64,000 nt of DNA from Planctomycetota bacterium (GTDB lineage Bacteria; Planctomycetota; PLA2; JAEUHO01): NCBI GenBank assembly GCA_965223505.1, contig CBDCWP010000007.1:66640-130639 (forward strand). Direction: 5' to 3'. The notes below the pieces were generated by a model, which saw only the letters and a list, made by a program, of their open reading frames with translations, did not search any database and had not been told where the DNA came from. A program made the position numbers and the translations under genes. Positions 63,078 to 64,000 of the stretch are shown piece by piece. Numbering within the stretch: the first letter of the stretch is position 1; every line of letters starts with the position of its first letter.

Positions 63078-64000
63078 CTACCGCAGCGGGTGCCAGTCGA
63101 TGTAGCCGATCATCATCTCGTCGAAGGTCTGCTCGCCGAAGTGGACGGCGCGCGTGGGATCGGGATTGGCCGGGTTGCCCTCGCTGTTGTCGAACCATCC
63201 CGTCGCCTTGATGCGGCACCCCGCCGGCAGGTCGAGCGGCTCGCGCAGCTGATAGAAGAGCTGCCAGTTGAAGTCGTAGCGCGGAACGTCGAGCAGCAAG
63301 GAGACCGTGCCGTCCGGGCGGATCAGCTCGTACCGAAACGCCTTGCCGCGTAGATGCATGTGCGGTGTGAAACCGAAGATGCGCACCCGCTGCGGAAAGA
63401 AGCGCGTGCCGCTCACGGGGTGGTTCGCGGCGCCCGGCGGAATGAGGAACTTCGTGCTGTAGGCGCCCGCGCTCCGGATCTCGTGCTCGGGCTCGCCCGG
63501 GGCGAAGATCAGCCCGAGCCGCGTGCGGTCCTTCACCGCCTTCCCGTTGGGCGTGTAGTGCAACTGGAACCGAAGCGTCGCGCCCTTCGGCAGGAACCGC
63601 GCCGTTCCCGTCGGGAACGTGAACGCCGACTGTCCCGGCACCATCGCCGCGAAGTACCCGGCGAGGCCGCCGCGCACGCGGGGCTGATCGGAACGGCGCG
63701 GGTGCGACGTCGGGTAGCGAACGAACACGAGCGCGTGGTGCACGACCTCCGGCGCGGTCGGCCGCACCTCCATGGCCTTCACCCAGCGGTCCTCGCCGAA
63801 GTCGGTCTCGACGTCGAAGTACTGGTACTTCACGACGCCGTCGGCCGGCACCGGGAACGCGCGCGGAAGCTCGACGACCGCGTCGGGCTTCCCGATCTTC
63901 CACCCCTTGACGAAGGTGCGCGGAACCGGGGCGGCGTCCTTCGGTCCCTGCGGCATGCCGGCGTCGATCCACGCGAGCAAACGCTGCTTGTCGAGCGGCG
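63078..64000 (-). CDS. Copper type II ascorbate-dependent monooxygenase-like domain protein, 5' truncated by the window
   Basis: VVHHALV, FQLHY, PHMHLRG and DEMM match the HH/H and HxH/M copper-ligand pattern; the frame stays open to the window edge. Confidence 0.7.
   Translation of the reverse strand, partial: PLDKQRLLAWIDAGMPQGPKDAAPVPRTFVKGWKIGKPDAVVELPRAFPVPADGVVKYQYFDVETDFGEDRWVKAMEVRPTAPEVVHHALVFVRYPTSHPRRSDQPRVRGGLAGYFAAMVPGQSAFTFPTGTARFLPKGATLRFQLHYTPNGKAVKDRTRLGLIFAPGEPEHEIRSAGAYSTKFLIPPGAANHPVSGTRFFPQRVRIFGFTPHMHLRGKAFRYELIRPDGTVSLLLDVPRYDFNWQLFYQLREPLDLPAGCRIKATGWFDNSEGNPANPDPTRAVHFGEQTFDEMMIGYIDWHPLR

Overview
High-GC bacterial window from a diderm organism. The gene repertoire (Ig-like lipoprotein, HEAT/VWA proteins, Ser/Thr kinases, system II cytochrome c maturation, Trx/PDZ protein) suggests Planctomycetota, but this is inference only. 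It holds about 55 tightly packed genes, mostly housekeeping: rarA end, a 6-deoxy-L-HexNAc sugar cluster, suhB, XPB helicase plus partner, dinB, hemF, dusB, uppS, gcvP, gdhA, resB/ccsA, ggt, thyA-folA, dapC-dapD-dapE and pcm. I recognised no rRNA, tRNA, CRISPR array or transposase. The main result is three in-frame UGA codons that the ORF track treats as stops, each followed by a similarly placed SECIS-like hairpin. (1) A secreted 4x EF-hand / iodothyronine-deiodinase-like protein (21013-22050, FGSHT-U-GPF). (2) A thioredoxin-like/PDZ protein (61330-62679, RCVP-U-VGC). (3) Directly upstream of (2), an unannotated 27-codon ORF (62706-62789) consisting of a lipoprotein signal peptide followed by C-U-NGGTCG. 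This is a candidate seleno-lipopeptide, lying between the Trx selenoprotein and a copper-monooxygenase-like gene. Other observations are apparent leaderless promoters (TANNNT 6-7 nt before the start codon in 11 genes), a GTAG-type REP/REPIN array, a pseudokinase with an 11-Arg tail, and a diiron DUF455 + ATP-grasp pair in front of the dap genes. All functional calls come from motif recognition by eye; no database searches were run.
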